From Acidobacteriota bacterium (lineage in GTDB: Bacteria; Acidobacteriota; Thermoanaerobaculia; Multivoradales; JBCCEF01), in contig JBCCEF010000001.1 in assembly GCA_039030395.1 (NCBI GenBank), positions 54,258-118,257 on the forward strand: a stretch of 64,000 nt of DNA, written 5' to 3'. The notes under the pieces are model-generated. The model did not search any database. It saw nothing but the letters and a program-made list of their open reading frames with translations, and was not told where the DNA came from. The stretch's first letter is position 1. Every line of letters begins with the position of its first letter. The position numbers and the translations under genes are program-made. Shown here one piece after another: positions 51,601 through 62,200 of this stretch.

Positions 51601-54600
51601 GATCACGCCGTCGGTGTTTTGATCGGAAACGTTGTAGTTCTGGGCGTAGGCCAGTTCGCCGTCGCCGGTGGTGAAGTTCCACAGCAGACGGTTGTAGTGG
51701 GGACTGGCGGTGACCGCCCCGAAGGAGTTGTCGCGGCCGCGCAGCAGGGTCAGTTCCTCCTCCAAGAGCGACGAGAGCTGGTTCTGGAAGGTGAAGATGG
51801 CCGGCGCCAGGGAGCCGTACTCGGAACTCGCCACGTCGAAGCCGATCATCGGATCCTGAGCATCACCGTAGGCCTCGTTGCCGAGCAGCATGTAGAAATC
51901 CGACAGGCGCGACGAGATGCGCAGAATCTGATGGTTGACCGGGGCGTAGTCCACCGGCGGCGTGCCGTCCACGCTCAGGCTCAGCGCCCGGCGCAGCACC
52001 GTCTCGTAGGCTTCGATCAAACCGATCGAGTTGAGATTGTCGGCCGTCGGGTTGTAGGAGATGTCCCCCTCGTAGCGCTCCCCCAATTGCACCAGCATGC
52101 TGGCGTAGGTGTTGGTGGGCGCGGCGTGAAAATCCTGCACCCGGGCTTCGAAGGGGCCGAGGCCGTCGATCACCCGCGCCACCCAGCCGGGGGCGAGCTG
52201 GGCGCGCTCCTCGAGGGCGGTGGAGCCGGGCTGGCCGGCATAGAAGCTCCAGCCGCCGCCGCACAGCGCTTCCGTCTCGCCGGAGGGGATGATCGGTTCG
52301 ATCGGGCGGTAGCGCGCCACAAACCAGTTGTCCGACAAGGTCTGCAGATTAGAACCGCTGATGGTGATGCTGTTGGCGCCGATGTCGCCGCCGTCCGGCT
52401 GATACTGCAACCAGCCGTTGAGCTGGCCGCCGTCCGGGTCCGGCAGCGGCTCCGGCGGCGTGCCGTCCTCGTCCGGGTGGAAGAACCACTCGAAGCGATA
52501 GTCCGACGAGCGGCCCATGAAGTCGCCGCTGTGGCGCAGGGTGAGCTGCTCATCGAAGACGTTGTCCGGGAAGATGACGTCGAGTTCGCCCTGGTAGGTG
52601 CTCTGGGTCGGCGGCGTGGTGGCCACCTCCAGGCAGTCGACGCGGATCACCTGGAGGTCCACCGGCAGCGGGCTGAGGCTCGCCTCCTCGTTGAAGGCGA
52701 GGGTCAGATAGCCGGTGCCGCGCGCCGCACCGGCGGACAGAGCCACCGGAATGCCGGCGACTTCAACCGGCTCGGGAATGCCGTCGGCCCCTTCCGTTTC
52801 GACCAGCCTGCCGTTTTCAACGGTGATGCCCTTTTCGTCCTGCAGGCCGATCAACAGCCGTTCCGTATCGAGGGTCGGCGGCACCTCGCTGCACACCACA
52901 TACTGCTCGAGGATGGTCGCCAGGATGTCCGGGTTGTCGCACAGCGGATTGGCGATGTTCTCAAACAGGACACACACCTGCTCGACGGCGGTTTCCAGCT
53001 CCTCGGTATTGCACTCGTCGGGGTTGATGATCTCGAACTGGTTCGGGTTGCGGCTCAACCGGTAGAGCGCCTCGATGGACTCGTCCCAGGTGCAGGCGTC
53101 GTCGAGATCCTCACAGGTCTTGGTGGAATCCTCGGCTTCGGTGCCGTCGCCGCCGTCCAGGGTCTTCAAAAGGCTCCGCTCGCGGTCCGTCAGCACGTTG
53201 AGCATCAACAGGTCTTCACCGGTGCCCGCCGTATCGAAGATGCCTTTCCACTTGAGTTCATTGTTCAGGCCGTCGTAGATGATGCGCGAACGTATGCTGA
53301 AAGGCAGCCGGATGGTGCCCTCGGCGTTCGAAACGATCTCGGTCTGACCGGTCGCCGTGTCGATCTCCGTCGCGATCGAGGTGGGCAGATCGTCGATCAT
53401 CACCGAGCGAGCGGAGAGCGGATCGATGATCCGCGCCAGGGTGTTGAAGGGGTCGTACTCGCCGCTGGCGAGCTGGTTCTCCTGCAGCTCGTCGTAGACG
53501 ATCTTCACCCCCGCCTGGTTGATGATGTCCGGCAAGCCGAACTTGGGCTCCGCCAGGGTTTCGCCGACCAGCAGCACCGGCGGATCCGAGGGCCAGGAGA
53601 TGTTGTAGAGGGTGTCCACCGGATCGCCGGCGTTGGGATCTCCACCCAGCCAGGGAATGCACTGGCCCGGCCCGAACTCCACCGCGTCGTCGGCATCGCG
53701 GTCAAAGTGAAAGGTGGGCTGCAGGGGATACCAGTACTCCACCACCACCTGACCGGCGGAGCGCGCCCACACGGCCTTCTGATAGTCCTGGTAGAACGGC
53801 GAGCCGGCGCCCGCGGTCTCTTCGCAACCGCCCAGCAGACGCACCGGATAAGGAGCGTTGATCTTGTTGCCGGCGACGCCGGAGAACTGGAAACTGTCGA
53901 AGCCCTCGCCGGTCGCCCGCACCTGATAGATCAGGTAGCGCCAATCCTGCGCCCCTTCGTCGAAGTACTTGAGGATCGAATAGGGCTTGGAGGTGGAGAC
54001 CGTCTCGGCGGCGGTGAAATCGGCCCGCAGAGCGAACAGCGCGTTGAACCCGGACGACGAATTGGCCGGCGCGAAGAAGGCGTGCTCGTCGTTGGGGTTG
54101 AAACCGGGCTTCGAGGGGTCGTCCTGGTTGTAGAGCCGCATAGCGGTGTAGATCGCCGGGTCGAGTTCCGGCTGGCCGGAGATCTCGGAACCGGTCTGGC
54201 TGGCGATGACGATTCTCAGCGGGTTGTCCGGCCACTGGCAGTCGTAGCGGGTGGGCAAACTGCCCCAGGCGACGCCGCGGTCGTTGAGCTGGTACCACAC
54301 CACCACCATCAGGTCGTCACCGTCGGAATCGAGCGGCACCTCGTTGACCGCCACGATGCTGCCGGAGCGGGAGTCCCGATCGTGCGCTCGGTCCGGGCCG
54401 TCCGCGTCGATGGGCGCCTTCTCGAACAGCACATAGCCGTTCTTGCCGGGATAGTCGGTGTGCACCCGAGGGGCGACATTCGAGGTGATCGGCGTACCGA
54501 TCTCGCACGCCTGATCGTCCTGGAACACCAAGCCGTCGTCGAGCACCAGACTGGTGTCGAAGGGCACCGTTTCGACGATCTCGAAGACGATCGGCGCGGT

Positions 54601-57399
54601 GGTCGGATCGACGTTGCCCACCTCTTCCGAGTAGCCGAACACCGCAAAACCCGGGCTGGTGGCGGTCAACACCTTGGTCTGGGCGTTGATCTCGGCACCG
54701 GAGCCATCGCTCAACACGTTGACCGAGTTGACGTACTCGAGATCCAACCCGTCCGGCTCGATCTCCGCCGGCGTACCGGCGATGTGGAGCTGGCGGCAGG
54801 GCCGGGACGAATCCGGCTCACCGCAGTAGTCGCTCGGCCAGTCCGACGCCCCGACGGTGGTGAGGCGTTCGAGATTGGTCAGATCGCCGGCGTCGACCTT
54901 CCACTTGATCTCGGCGCTGACCGGCTGCAGGACATAGAGATGGCCCTGGTCGTCGCCCTGGCCGATGGGACCCGTCGAGCTGTTGGCCGCCGGCGGGCTC
55001 CAGAAGAAGTAGTCGCCGATGGCGTTGCCCGGTCCGCTGGCGATGATCTCCGGCGTCGACTGGGTGGGATGGCTGACGTCGGCGCCGGCCGGCGCCGGCA
55101 CTTCGGCGCCCACCGTCCAGCTCTCGAACGGCACCTCGAACCAATCGCCCGTATCGGCCTCGAGATTGCCGAAGAAGGCATCGGTGCCGCCCACCGCGCT
55201 GACTTCCTGACCGACGTCCGGACCCAGCCGTAGGTCCTGCTCGAAGTCACCGGCGACGAACACATCGTCGTCGCCATCGGTGACGATAGCGCGGCCGTAA
55301 TCGTTCCCCGGCGAGTCCGAGGCGGTGGAGGTTTGGACCCAAGTCCACGGCGAACCGGACGTGTCGAGGCGGGCCACCAGAACGTCTTCGCCGTTGGCGC
55401 TCGGCAGGGTGACGGTTTGGGTCCCGCCCCCGGCATCGAGCGGGTCCATCAGCACGCTGGTGATCTGACTCGCGTTGCCGGAGTAGGAGCCCGCCAGGTA
55501 GACGCCGTCGTTGTCGTCCAGGGCCACTCCGAAGCCCTGGCCGCCGGTCGCGCCGACGAGCCACGCCCAGGTCTGCTCGCCGCCGTTTTCCGTCAGCTTG
55601 CCGAGGAAGGCGCCCTGGGTGGTCAAGAGGGTGTCGCCGAAGTCCGTCGAGAAGGTGAGATTGGTGGCGGAGGAGGTGCCGGCGATGTAGACGTTGACCG
55701 CGTCGTCCACCGCGATGTCGTGCACCTCCACGTCGTCCGGGAACTTGTAGGCCCACTTCCAGGTGGGGTTGGCGGTGTCCGTGTCGCCGATGCTGGCGAT
55801 GTAGTGGGAAGGCTCGCCTTCGGGAATCGAAAGGGAGTCCGCCAGTTCCAGTCGGTGGTCGCGCCGGCTGTCGTCGGCCAACACCTCCCAAGCTTGCACC
55901 CCGCCGTTGACGTCATTCACGAAGTCGCCGGCCTGATGCCAGACCTCCGTGCCGCCCAGGGAAGCGCCGACCTGCCACTGGGTGGGCGCGCCCTCGATGT
56001 CGTCCGTAAAGAGGACATTGCCGGTGGCATCGCGCACCTCCACGTCGTCCACCCACCAGCCCTCGCCGGCGTCTCCGGCACTGTCGTCGGTGCCGAACCG
56101 CCAGCGGAAGCGCACATCCTGACCGCTGAAGTCGTCGAGACTCACCTGCACCAGACCGAAGCTCAGAAGACAGGGATTGTCTACATCGCAGGCCCAGCCC
56201 TCACGCCCGTCCAGCGGATTGCTGTTGGCTTCGATGTCCTCGCCGGGATCGGTCGGATACCCACCGGTGATGAACCGCAGGGGGTTGCCGGCGGTACTGG
56301 AGGGATCGTTGTCGGCTTCGCCGGCGAGGATGTCGTACCAGTTGGCGCCGCTGTCGGAGCTGTACTCCAACGCCCCGCCGTCGTTGGCTACGAAACCATC
56401 GAAATCGAAGTCGTAGCGGTGGTAGAACTCGAGCACCCCACCGCCGGCCACGCCGGTGAAGGAAAGATCCTCGGGAATGGCGGTTTGAACGGTGGTGTCG
56501 TCCAGGTAGCTGGCGAGCAAAAAGATCCTGCCTTCGTCGTCGATCGCCATCTCGCGGGCCCATTCGCGGCTGGTCTTGGTGCCGGCGCGGCGCACCCACT
56601 GCCAGGATCCCGAGGTGTCGATCTTCGCCACCAGCACCGACGCCTCGCCGCAGCCGGACGTCGCGTCATCGACGTCGTTCTGATCGAACAACCACTGGGT
56701 GTGAAGCTGGGGCTCCGAGGCGTCGTCGCCCACCAACTCACCGGAGTCGTTCAAGAACACCGGGCAGTTGGCCTCGCCGGCGATCACCACGCCGTCGGGA
56801 ATGGGATCGTTGCCGCCGGCGAATCCGGGAATCACCTCGATGTCGAAACCTCGATCATGGCCCGGGCCACCGGCCATACGCGCCCACTCCCAGTCGCCGG
56901 AAGAATCGAGCTTGGCGACGAACAGGTCGCTGCGTGAGTCGACGATCTCGAAGCCTTCGTAGTCGTCGCCGTCGAAGCCCACCGGCGGCAGCGAAATGGT
57001 CGCCAGTTGTTGGTTGCGAAACTGGATCTCGCTGACGAAGTAGCCGGTGACGTAGACGTTCTCACCGCCGTCGATGGCGATCCCGTTGACCTCGTCGACG
57101 GAGGATCCGCCGGCCGTCGCCACCCACAGGAGCTCGCCGTCGGCCGAGTACTTGGCGACGTAGAGATCGGTCAGGCCCTGGGCTCCGATGGTGGCATCGT
57201 CCGATGACGATCCGGGCAGGGTGATGGTGTTCTGGTAGACCCCCGCCACGTAGACGTTGCCGCGGTCGTCGGTCTTGATCACCCGCGCGTCGTCGTCGTC
57301 GGCACTGCCGGTGCTCAGCGGCCACAGGGCCCACGCCCCGGACGCCGTGAACGCCGCGAGGAGGATCAACGCCACCAGCTTGGTTTTGAAGCCGATCAT
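48634..57399 (-). CDS. Giant secreted protein (2921 aa). N-terminal SBBP-type beta-propeller repeats, a long unassigned central region, and a C-terminal coiled-coil-rich domain.
   Basis: Signal peptide MIGFKTKLVALILLAAFTASGAWA. Many DxxGNVYVAG..., DLFVAKLDSSG and WVQT repeats over ~800 aa. Realistic composition (D/G/T/N/Y/W) compared with the R/G/H-rich antisense frames. 3-nt gap to the downstream gene. Confidence 0.8.
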   Translation of the reverse strand: MIGFKTKLVALILLAAFTASGAWALWPLSTGSADDDDARVIKTDDRGNVYVAGVYQNTITLPGSSSDDATIGAQGLTDLYVAKYSADGELLWVATAGGSSVDEVNGIAIDGGENVYVTGYFVSEIQFRNQQLATISLPPVGFDGDDYEGFEIVDSRSDLFVAKLDSSGDWEWARMAGGPGHDRGFDIEVIPGFAGGNDPIPDGVVIAGEANCPVFLNDSGELVGDDASEPQLHTQWLFDQNDVDDATSGCGEASVLVAKIDTSGSWQWVRRAGTKTSREWAREMAIDDEGRIFLLASYLDDTTVQTAIPEDLSFTGVAGGGVLEFYHRYDFDFDGFVANDGGALEYSSDSGANWYDILAGEADNDPSSTAGNPLRFITGGYPTDPGEDIEANSNPLDGREGWACDVDNPCLLSFGLVQVSLDDFSGQDVRFRWRFGTDDSAGDAGEGWWVDDVEVRDATGNVLFTDDIEGAPTQWQVGASLGGTEVWHQAGDFVNDVNGGVQAWEVLADDSRRDHRLELADSLSIPEGEPSHYIASIGDTDTANPTWKWAYKFPDDVEVHDIAVDDAVNVYIAGTSSATNLTFSTDFGDTLLTTQGAFLGKLTENGGEQTWAWLVGATGGQGFGVALDDNDGVYLAGSYSGNASQITSVLMDPLDAGGGTQTVTLPSANGEDVLVARLDTSGSPWTWVQTSTASDSPGNDYGRAIVTDGDDDVFVAGDFEQDLRLGPDVGQEVSAVGGTDAFFGNLEADTGDWFEVPFESWTVGAEVPAPAGADVSHPTQSTPEIIASGPGNAIGDYFFWSPPAANSSTGPIGQGDDQGHLYVLQPVSAEIKWKVDAGDLTNLERLTTVGASDWPSDYCGEPDSSRPCRQLHIAGTPAEIEPDGLDLEYVNSVNVLSDGSGAEINAQTKVLTATSPGFAVFGYSEEVGNVDPTTAPIVFEIVETVPFDTSLVLDDGLVFQDDQACEIGTPITSNVAPRVHTDYPGKNGYVLFEKAPIDADGPDRAHDRDSRSGSIVAVNEVPLDSDGDDLMVVVWYQLNDRGVAWGSLPTRYDCQWPDNPLRIVIASQTGSEISGQPELDPAIYTAMRLYNQDDPSKPGFNPNDEHAFFAPANSSSGFNALFALRADFTAAETVSTSKPYSILKYFDEGAQDWRYLIYQVRATGEGFDSFQFSGVAGNKINAPYPVRLLGGCEETAGAGSPFYQDYQKAVWARSAGQVVVEYWYPLQPTFHFDRDADDAVEFGPGQCIPWLGGDPNAGDPVDTLYNISWPSDPPVLLVGETLAEPKFGLPDIINQAGVKIVYDELQENQLASGEYDPFNTLARIIDPLSARSVMIDDLPTSIATEIDTATGQTEIVSNAEGTIRLPFSIRSRIIYDGLNNELKWKGIFDTAGTGEDLLMLNVLTDRERSLLKTLDGGDGTEAEDSTKTCEDLDDACTWDESIEALYRLSRNPNQFEIINPDECNTEELETAVEQVCVLFENIANPLCDNPDILATILEQYVVCSEVPPTLDTERLLIGLQDEKGITVENGRLVETEGADGIPEPVEVAGIPVALSAGAARGTGYLTLAFNEEASLSPLPVDLQVIRVDCLEVATTPPTQSTYQGELDVIFPDNVFDEQLTLRHSGDFMGRSSDYRFEWFFHPDEDGTPPEPLPDPDGGQLNGWLQYQPDGGDIGANSITISGSNLQTLSDNWFVARYRPIEPIIPSGETEALCGGGWSFYAGQPGSTALEERAQLAPGWVARVIDGLGPFEARVQDFHAAPTNTYASMLVQLGERYEGDISYNPTADNLNSIGLIEAYETVLRRALSLSVDGTPPVDYAPVNHQILRISSRLSDFYMLLGNEAYGDAQDPMIGFDVASSEYGSLAPAIFTFQNQLSSLLEEELTLLRGRDNSFGAVTASPHYNRLLWNFTTGDGELAYAQNYNVSDQNTDGVIDELDAQILFPQGHGDAWGHYLTAMTTYYNLLRHPFFTWLPRTGAVLVANSPVTVDFLDEQKFAQAAAAKARAGAEIVDLTYRDSYVEDPAGQWQGYEDSDPDRAWGLSGWARRAGQGAYFDWVVANAILPSEDPDPTHVGIQRIDRKNTEGLDQIASQFDAIQVQLDEADAGLNPLGLAKGVVPFDIDPDLVDNEAEPSAAKTHFEQIYDRASAALENAAATFNYANQLSEMLRRNQDSVDALTNNVIDQERAFKGRLIEIFGYPYSDDIGPPGTYPSDYVGPDVYHYMYVDQTDLTGTPEDPTDIFTAEFSALPAMEFFDFDVGNPTCRDNPFDTGCSLSNPTNDTLSVDYHVSRSRRTNAAGMPPTADSFFLVKPPEWTGNRRATGELQDRLSDLLVAINSYDQILEEYDNLLLRINDQLEILEAQHRLSRKQIKIRNKQRTELADMNAILGTLQTTSTTLKRVASGIEEFGKSTSQCVPKSLVVGLSSGGDVFAGVRCAVEQSKGHAKFWVETAADVTDTAANLLSLAKEDVGIQADIEIQALNAEFAAFSKLKELEATLRQEPLLRLEAYQRREIIDQNRGKYLAALAKGQRVLEEMVLFRKFAAADVQQARYQDMTFRVFKNDALQKYRAQFDLAARYAYLAATAYDYETNLVGTDEQAGQAFLSDIVKERAVGQLLDGEPVPGSRGLADAMGRMRENFDVLKGQLGFVNPQSETNRFSLRQEMFRIPDEDPTTFDDQDDQDWRQALRDHYVDDLWQLPEYRRYARPLAPESAGPQPALVIPFETTVTFGLNFFGWPLGPGDSAYDATHFATRIRTVGTWFQDYDGLPLSNTPRVYLLPVGADVLRPPSGDLFQTREWSVVDQVLPVPFRIGDTQLDDPDWIPINDSLSGSFADVRRIGTFRAFHDSGDFFEGETTADSRLIGRSVWNRRWLLIIPGGTLLNDAEEAIDILIDGNDPGGDGTRDGDGIDDILIFFQTYAYTGV

Positions 57400-57412
57400 C
57401 TACCCACTCTCC

Positions 57413-59182
57413 CTACTCGTTCAGCACCGCCCGCGCCGAGGCCCGCCGCAGCAGGAAGGTCCCCTCCACGGCGATGTCGTTGCGGTGCAGGCCGCTCAAG
57501 GTTTCGCTGTAGGTGCCGCCCATCAACTCCGATCCCCATTCCGGCAGGTCGCGGCCGAAGGGATCGGTGGTCGCGAAGTCGAAGGTCATGTTGCGGGTCA
57601 CCTCATAGGCTTCCGGACTGAACTCGATGAAGCGCAGATCCTTGTTGTCGTGATCCGGATGGAACTTGTGCCGGAAGGGGTTGGTCGGGAACTCCGACGG
57701 CAGCAGCAGGGTGGTCGTCACCGCACCGCCGAGGGCGAAGTTTCCGTTCATCAACTGCTCGTCGCCGTCGAAGTCGTAGGCGGCGGTGCTGGCCCGGATG
57801 CCCACCGGCTGACCGTCGCGGGCGGAAGCGCCGTCGAAATTCGGGATCAGACTGTCGTCGGTCACCAGCACGTGGTACCCGGGGGTTTCCACCACCAGAT
57901 CACCGCTCGCCGGATCCACCACCATGGTGCCCTCCTGCCACATCTGGATGACCTCCTTGAGCAAGCGAAGCTGGCCGGAGGAATCGACGTGGATCAGGAC
58001 TCTGAAGCTGAAGTTGGCGCCGACCGGCGTGGGAGTGAGCGAGCCGTTCTGAGCCTCGCTCACTCCGGTCACCCGCACGTCGCCGATCCACAGCCCTTCG
58101 AGGCCCGGCGTCGCCGCCGGCAGAGGCGCACCCACCCGCGCGGCGGCGCGGGCCGAGCGCAGGGTATTCACCGAAGGCAGAGCGGCGGCGGCGGAAACGG
58201 CGACGAAGCGTCGGAACCCCTGACCGTTGGTGATCTCCAGCAAGCCTTCCGCTTCGACCGACACAAAGTCCTGACGGCGTACTCCGAGTTCGATCTGCAG
58301 CTCTTCGTCGGGCCCCGCCGCCAAGGAATAGACCTCCGGTAGATCTGGCCAGCTCTGCTCGCCGGTGTCCGTATCGAAACGGAACACCGTCAGAGGAACC
58401 TGGGAACCATCGACCTGACGAACAGACAGCGAGGTAGCATTGCCGCGGTTCAGCAAATTGAGGCGCAGCCGGCTCAGAGAACCGCCGAATTCGAGCGCCG
58501 TGCCGCCGGGAAGGTCGATCTCCACCGGGCCGCGGTAGTCCGAAGGACCGTCGGTGTACACCCAGTAGGCGACCCCGGACTCGATCTGCTGCGAGAAGGG
58601 ACTGGCGATGAGTTGCCAGACGCCGCTACCGTCGAGCCGGTAAATCGGTTGCCCGGCGTGGGCCGGCGAGGGCGCGAGATAGTTGCCGAAAGTGGCCGGC
58701 AGGGCCGGGTTGACATAAAAGCCGACCAGATTGAAGGAATCGGTGATCCAACCGCGATCCCGCACTCGCGGTTCGCCGGTCACCCGGAGCTCGACCGGAG
58801 CCGCACCCTCCAGGTGCACCAGGTACGGCCGGTTGGCGTGAATGGCCGACAGGTTGGTGAGGATCGACTCCGGTCGCGGCCGTGGGAACCAGCCGAGCCA
58901 ACCGGGCCGGTCGATCAGACCCTCGGCCGGATCCTGGATGAACTGGACCGCCGTATCGTCGGGGATCCAGGTCCAGACGCTCGCCACCGGCAGGCCGGCG
59001 AACACCGCGTCCGGTGCCACATCCTCCGGCTGGACCTCCAGAAAGATCGAGTTCCATCCCGGATTGAGGTTGAAGGTCTGCGTGCGCTCGGCGGCCGCCG
59101 CCGGCAGCGCCGCCAGCAGTAAGACCAACCACCACCCGGCGCCGCGCGGGACGCCCCTCGTCCAGCCAGTGTCTCTCACCAT
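57413..59182 (-). CDS. Secreted hypothetical protein (~589 aa).
   Basis: Start at MVRDTGW with signal GAGWWLVLLLAALPAAAA. Beta-rich composition. No recognised domain. Confidence 0.6.
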   Translation of the reverse strand: MVRDTGWTRGVPRGAGWWLVLLLAALPAAAAERTQTFNLNPGWNSIFLEVQPEDVAPDAVFAGLPVASVWTWIPDDTAVQFIQDPAEGLIDRPGWLGWFPRPRPESILTNLSAIHANRPYLVHLEGAAPVELRVTGEPRVRDRGWITDSFNLVGFYVNPALPATFGNYLAPSPAHAGQPIYRLDGSGVWQLIASPFSQQIESGVAYWVYTDGPSDYRGPVEIDLPGGTALEFGGSLSRLRLNLLNRGNATSLSVRQVDGSQVPLTVFRFDTDTGEQSWPDLPEVYSLAAGPDEELQIELGVRRQDFVSVEAEGLLEITNGQGFRRFVAVSAAAALPSVNTLRSARAAARVGAPLPAATPGLEGLWIGDVRVTGVSEAQNGSLTPTPVGANFSFRVLIHVDSSGQLRLLKEVIQMWQEGTMVVDPASGDLVVETPGYHVLVTDDSLIPNFDGASARDGQPVGIRASTAAYDFDGDEQLMNGNFALGGAVTTTLLLPSEFPTNPFRHKFHPDHDNKDLRFIEFSPEAYEVTRNMTFDFATTDPFGRDLPEWGSELMGGTYSETLSGLHRNDIAVEGTFLLRRASARAVLNE

Positions 59183-59228
59183 GGATCTCTCCGTACCGGG
59201 TTCTCGCGCCGATCCGTCGTCGCCGTAC

Positions 59229-62200
59229 TCACGGCACCTCCGTCGTCCAAAGGGTGGTATCGCCACTTTCGAAGCCATCGCTGAAGATCTCATCGCTGGC
59301 GGCCAGGGACAAGCTGTCAACGCCCAGGTCGAAGGCGTCACCCTGCGGCGTCGCCGCCTGGATCTCCAGGCGGATCGAGCGCAGGCCCGACACCGGCTCC
59401 ACGGTGCGGCCGAACACCATCCACGGCGGCCCGACGGCCTCCGGCCGGTGCTCCGGAATGGTGACGCTGGCGATCGGTCCGCTGCAATCCGGTCCCTCGA
59501 ACTGGGTGATCTCGACCCCGACCGAGATGTCGGCTGCGAGATCCGCCATCAGGTGGCCTTGCCACAGCAGCCTCAGATCCTCGGTGGTCTCGGTGTTGAT
59601 GCACTGCTGCATCCCCAGGAAGGACTCGCCGGCCAGATTGCGCATCAACAGTGAACCGGACAGGGACCAGCCCCAGCCGTCCCGGGTGTCGTCGAAGGCG
59701 ATGGCGCCCGGTGATGCAGGGCTCGGCGTCCAGCCGGTGAGACCGAAGTCGAAGTCGCCGTTCAGGATCAGGTTGCGCAGCTGCAGGCGGAAGTAGCGCG
59801 CGAAGTCGTCACCGCCGGAGCCGTCGCCATCACCGTCGAGGGCGTTGCCGTAGAGGTCGCCGAGGCTGCCGCAGACGAAGAGCGCGTACAGGTCGTCCCG
59901 CTTCTCCACCGCCGCCTCGAGCACCAGGGTTGCGATGCGCTCCACCGCATCCCACTCGACGGCGGAAATCAGCAGCTCGTAGTCATCGCCGGCCAGCGGA
60001 CCGCAGCCGGCGGTATCCACCAGATGATTCGCTCCGGCGGCGATCACCCGGTAGCTCGCCGGGTTGGTCACATCGCCCGGGTCGCCGTCACCGGCCGGGT
60101 TGTCCAGCTCTTCCGTGAAGGTGACGAAGAAGCGATCGAGTTCGACCCGCATCGTCTCCATCGAGCTGAGTTCGCCGTCGCCGGTGTCTTCGTCGGTACC
60201 GACGGAGACCACCTCCGGCGCGGTGGCATCGACGGTGACCTCGACGGTGGAATCGTTGTTGCCGGTGGCGGGATCCGTCGCCAGCACCACCTCGGCGGTG
60301 TTGGTGAACGCACCGTCGGCGAGGGGGGCCGTGACGTCGAGAGTGACCGTCGGTGCCGCCCCCGGCGACAGCGATGGCAGGGTACAGGTCACCACGCCGG
60401 AGGACTCGCTACAGATCCAGCCGGTGCCGGTCCCCTGGACCAAGGAGACGCCGGCCGGCAGGGTGTCCGTCACCTCCACGCCGCTCGCCGCCGACGGACC
60501 GCCGTTGACGACCTCGAGGAAGTACTGGAGCGCCGCGCCGGGGCCGACGATGTCGGCATCGGCGGTCTTGACGATGGCGAGATCCGCCTGCGGCGACAGC
60601 AGGTCGCTGTCCGTGTCCTGTTCCTGCCCGTCGATCACCGGATCCGCCACGCCCGGCCCCGGCATCACCCTCGCCGTGTTGTCGAGGGTGCCGGTCGCCG
60701 CCGGATCGATCGCCGCCTCGGCGATGAACTCCACCGAGCCGGCTGCCGGCAGGACCACGACTTCGTCGATGTCGCCGGTACCGGAGGCGTTGGGGCAAGC
60801 TCCACCGTTCAGGCCGCTGCAGGTCCAGACCACACTGTCGATCTCCGGCGGGAAGCGATCGGTCACCTGCGCCGCCGGGGCGTCGCTCGGTCCGGCATTG
60901 CTGGCGGTGAGGGTGTAGCGGACGCTGGTGCCCGGCACCGCCACCTCGACGCCGTCGTCTTTGGTCATCGCGAGGTCCGCCTGCGGCGTCAAGGTGTTCG
61001 TATCCGAGGCGGTCGTATCGCCGATGTTGACCGTCGAGCTGGAAACGTCGACGGTCACCGTGTTGACCAGCGTTCCAACGGCCGCCGGATCGACCAGCGC
61101 ATCGAAGGTGTAGGCGAGCTGGCCGCCCACCTCCACCTCCACCAGGTCGGTCAAGGCGTCGCTGCCGGCGGCACTGCACACCCCCGCCGCCCGGCGCTGC
61201 CAGATCGAAACGCCCTGCGAGCCGCCGGCCGCCGCGTACAGATACCCACCGGAGGGATCGAAGGCGACGGCGACGGGGGCGTCGAGGCTCGAAGCAGTGC
61301 TATCGATACCGCTGGAGACCACCGCCAGCTCGCCGCTCGCCGCATCCCGACGTAGGACCGTCAGGGCGTCGTCGTTGAGCGCCGTCAGGGCCAGATCCTG
61401 GCCGTCGGCGCTGAGGGCGAGGCCGTTGGCACCGTCCAGATGGTCGAAGCCGGCATCGCCGTCGCGGTAGGTCGTGATGGGCGTCAGGGTGCCGCTCGCC
61501 TGGTCGCGCAGGAAGACCATCACCGCGTCGTCGCCGAGGGCCGCCGTGTAGAGGTGCGCTCCGCCCGGGCTCAAGGCCAGGTCCGAGACCAGGTTGAGGC
61601 CGTCAATCCCGGTGTCGCCGTCGCGGTGCACCTCGACGAAGGTCAAAGCGCCGGTCAGCGGGTCGATCTCGAACACCGACAAGGCGTGGGAAGTACGCGC
61701 CACCACGTATAGGAAGGCACCGTCGGAGCTGACCACCGACCGCCAGGCGCCGGCCAGCACGCCCAGGGCCACGTCTCCGAAACCGTCCTTCTCGCGCTCG
61801 ACGAAGGTCAGGACGCCGGCGCTCCACCGGAAGGCCGCCACCGCCTCGTCCTCCACGCTGGTGACGTAGATAAATCCGCCAGAGGGGTGGAAGGTGGCGT
61901 TCGACGCCCCTTCGAGACCGTCGACGGCGGCGTCCGTCTGGCGCGCCGCGGTGCGCAAGGTCAGCTCACCGTAGTCTACGGCGGCCGGATCGCTCTCCCG
62001 GTCGAACACCACCAGCGCATCGTCGTCGCCGGCGACGGCCAGCAAGAGGTCGTTCGCCGGACTCAAGGTCAGGGCGCTCACTCCCGCCAGGTCGTCGTTG
62101 CCGTCCTCGCCGTCGCGCAGCACCTGAAGCAGAGCGATCAGGACGCCGGTCACCGGATCGCGCTCGAAGACGTTGATCGCACCGCTACCCGATGCCGCGA

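Noticed and set aside
50740-55233. 1497-aa ORF on the plus strand
   Set aside because: It is antisense to the 2921-aa SBBP protein. Its composition is dominated by R/G/V/A/H with no motifs, while the minus-strand frame has a signal peptide, SBBP repeats and realistic composition. This is a typical high-GC shadow ORF. The same applies to 45145-46608, 46717-48531, 48871-50661, 55333-56937, 60024-61355 and 62694-63782.
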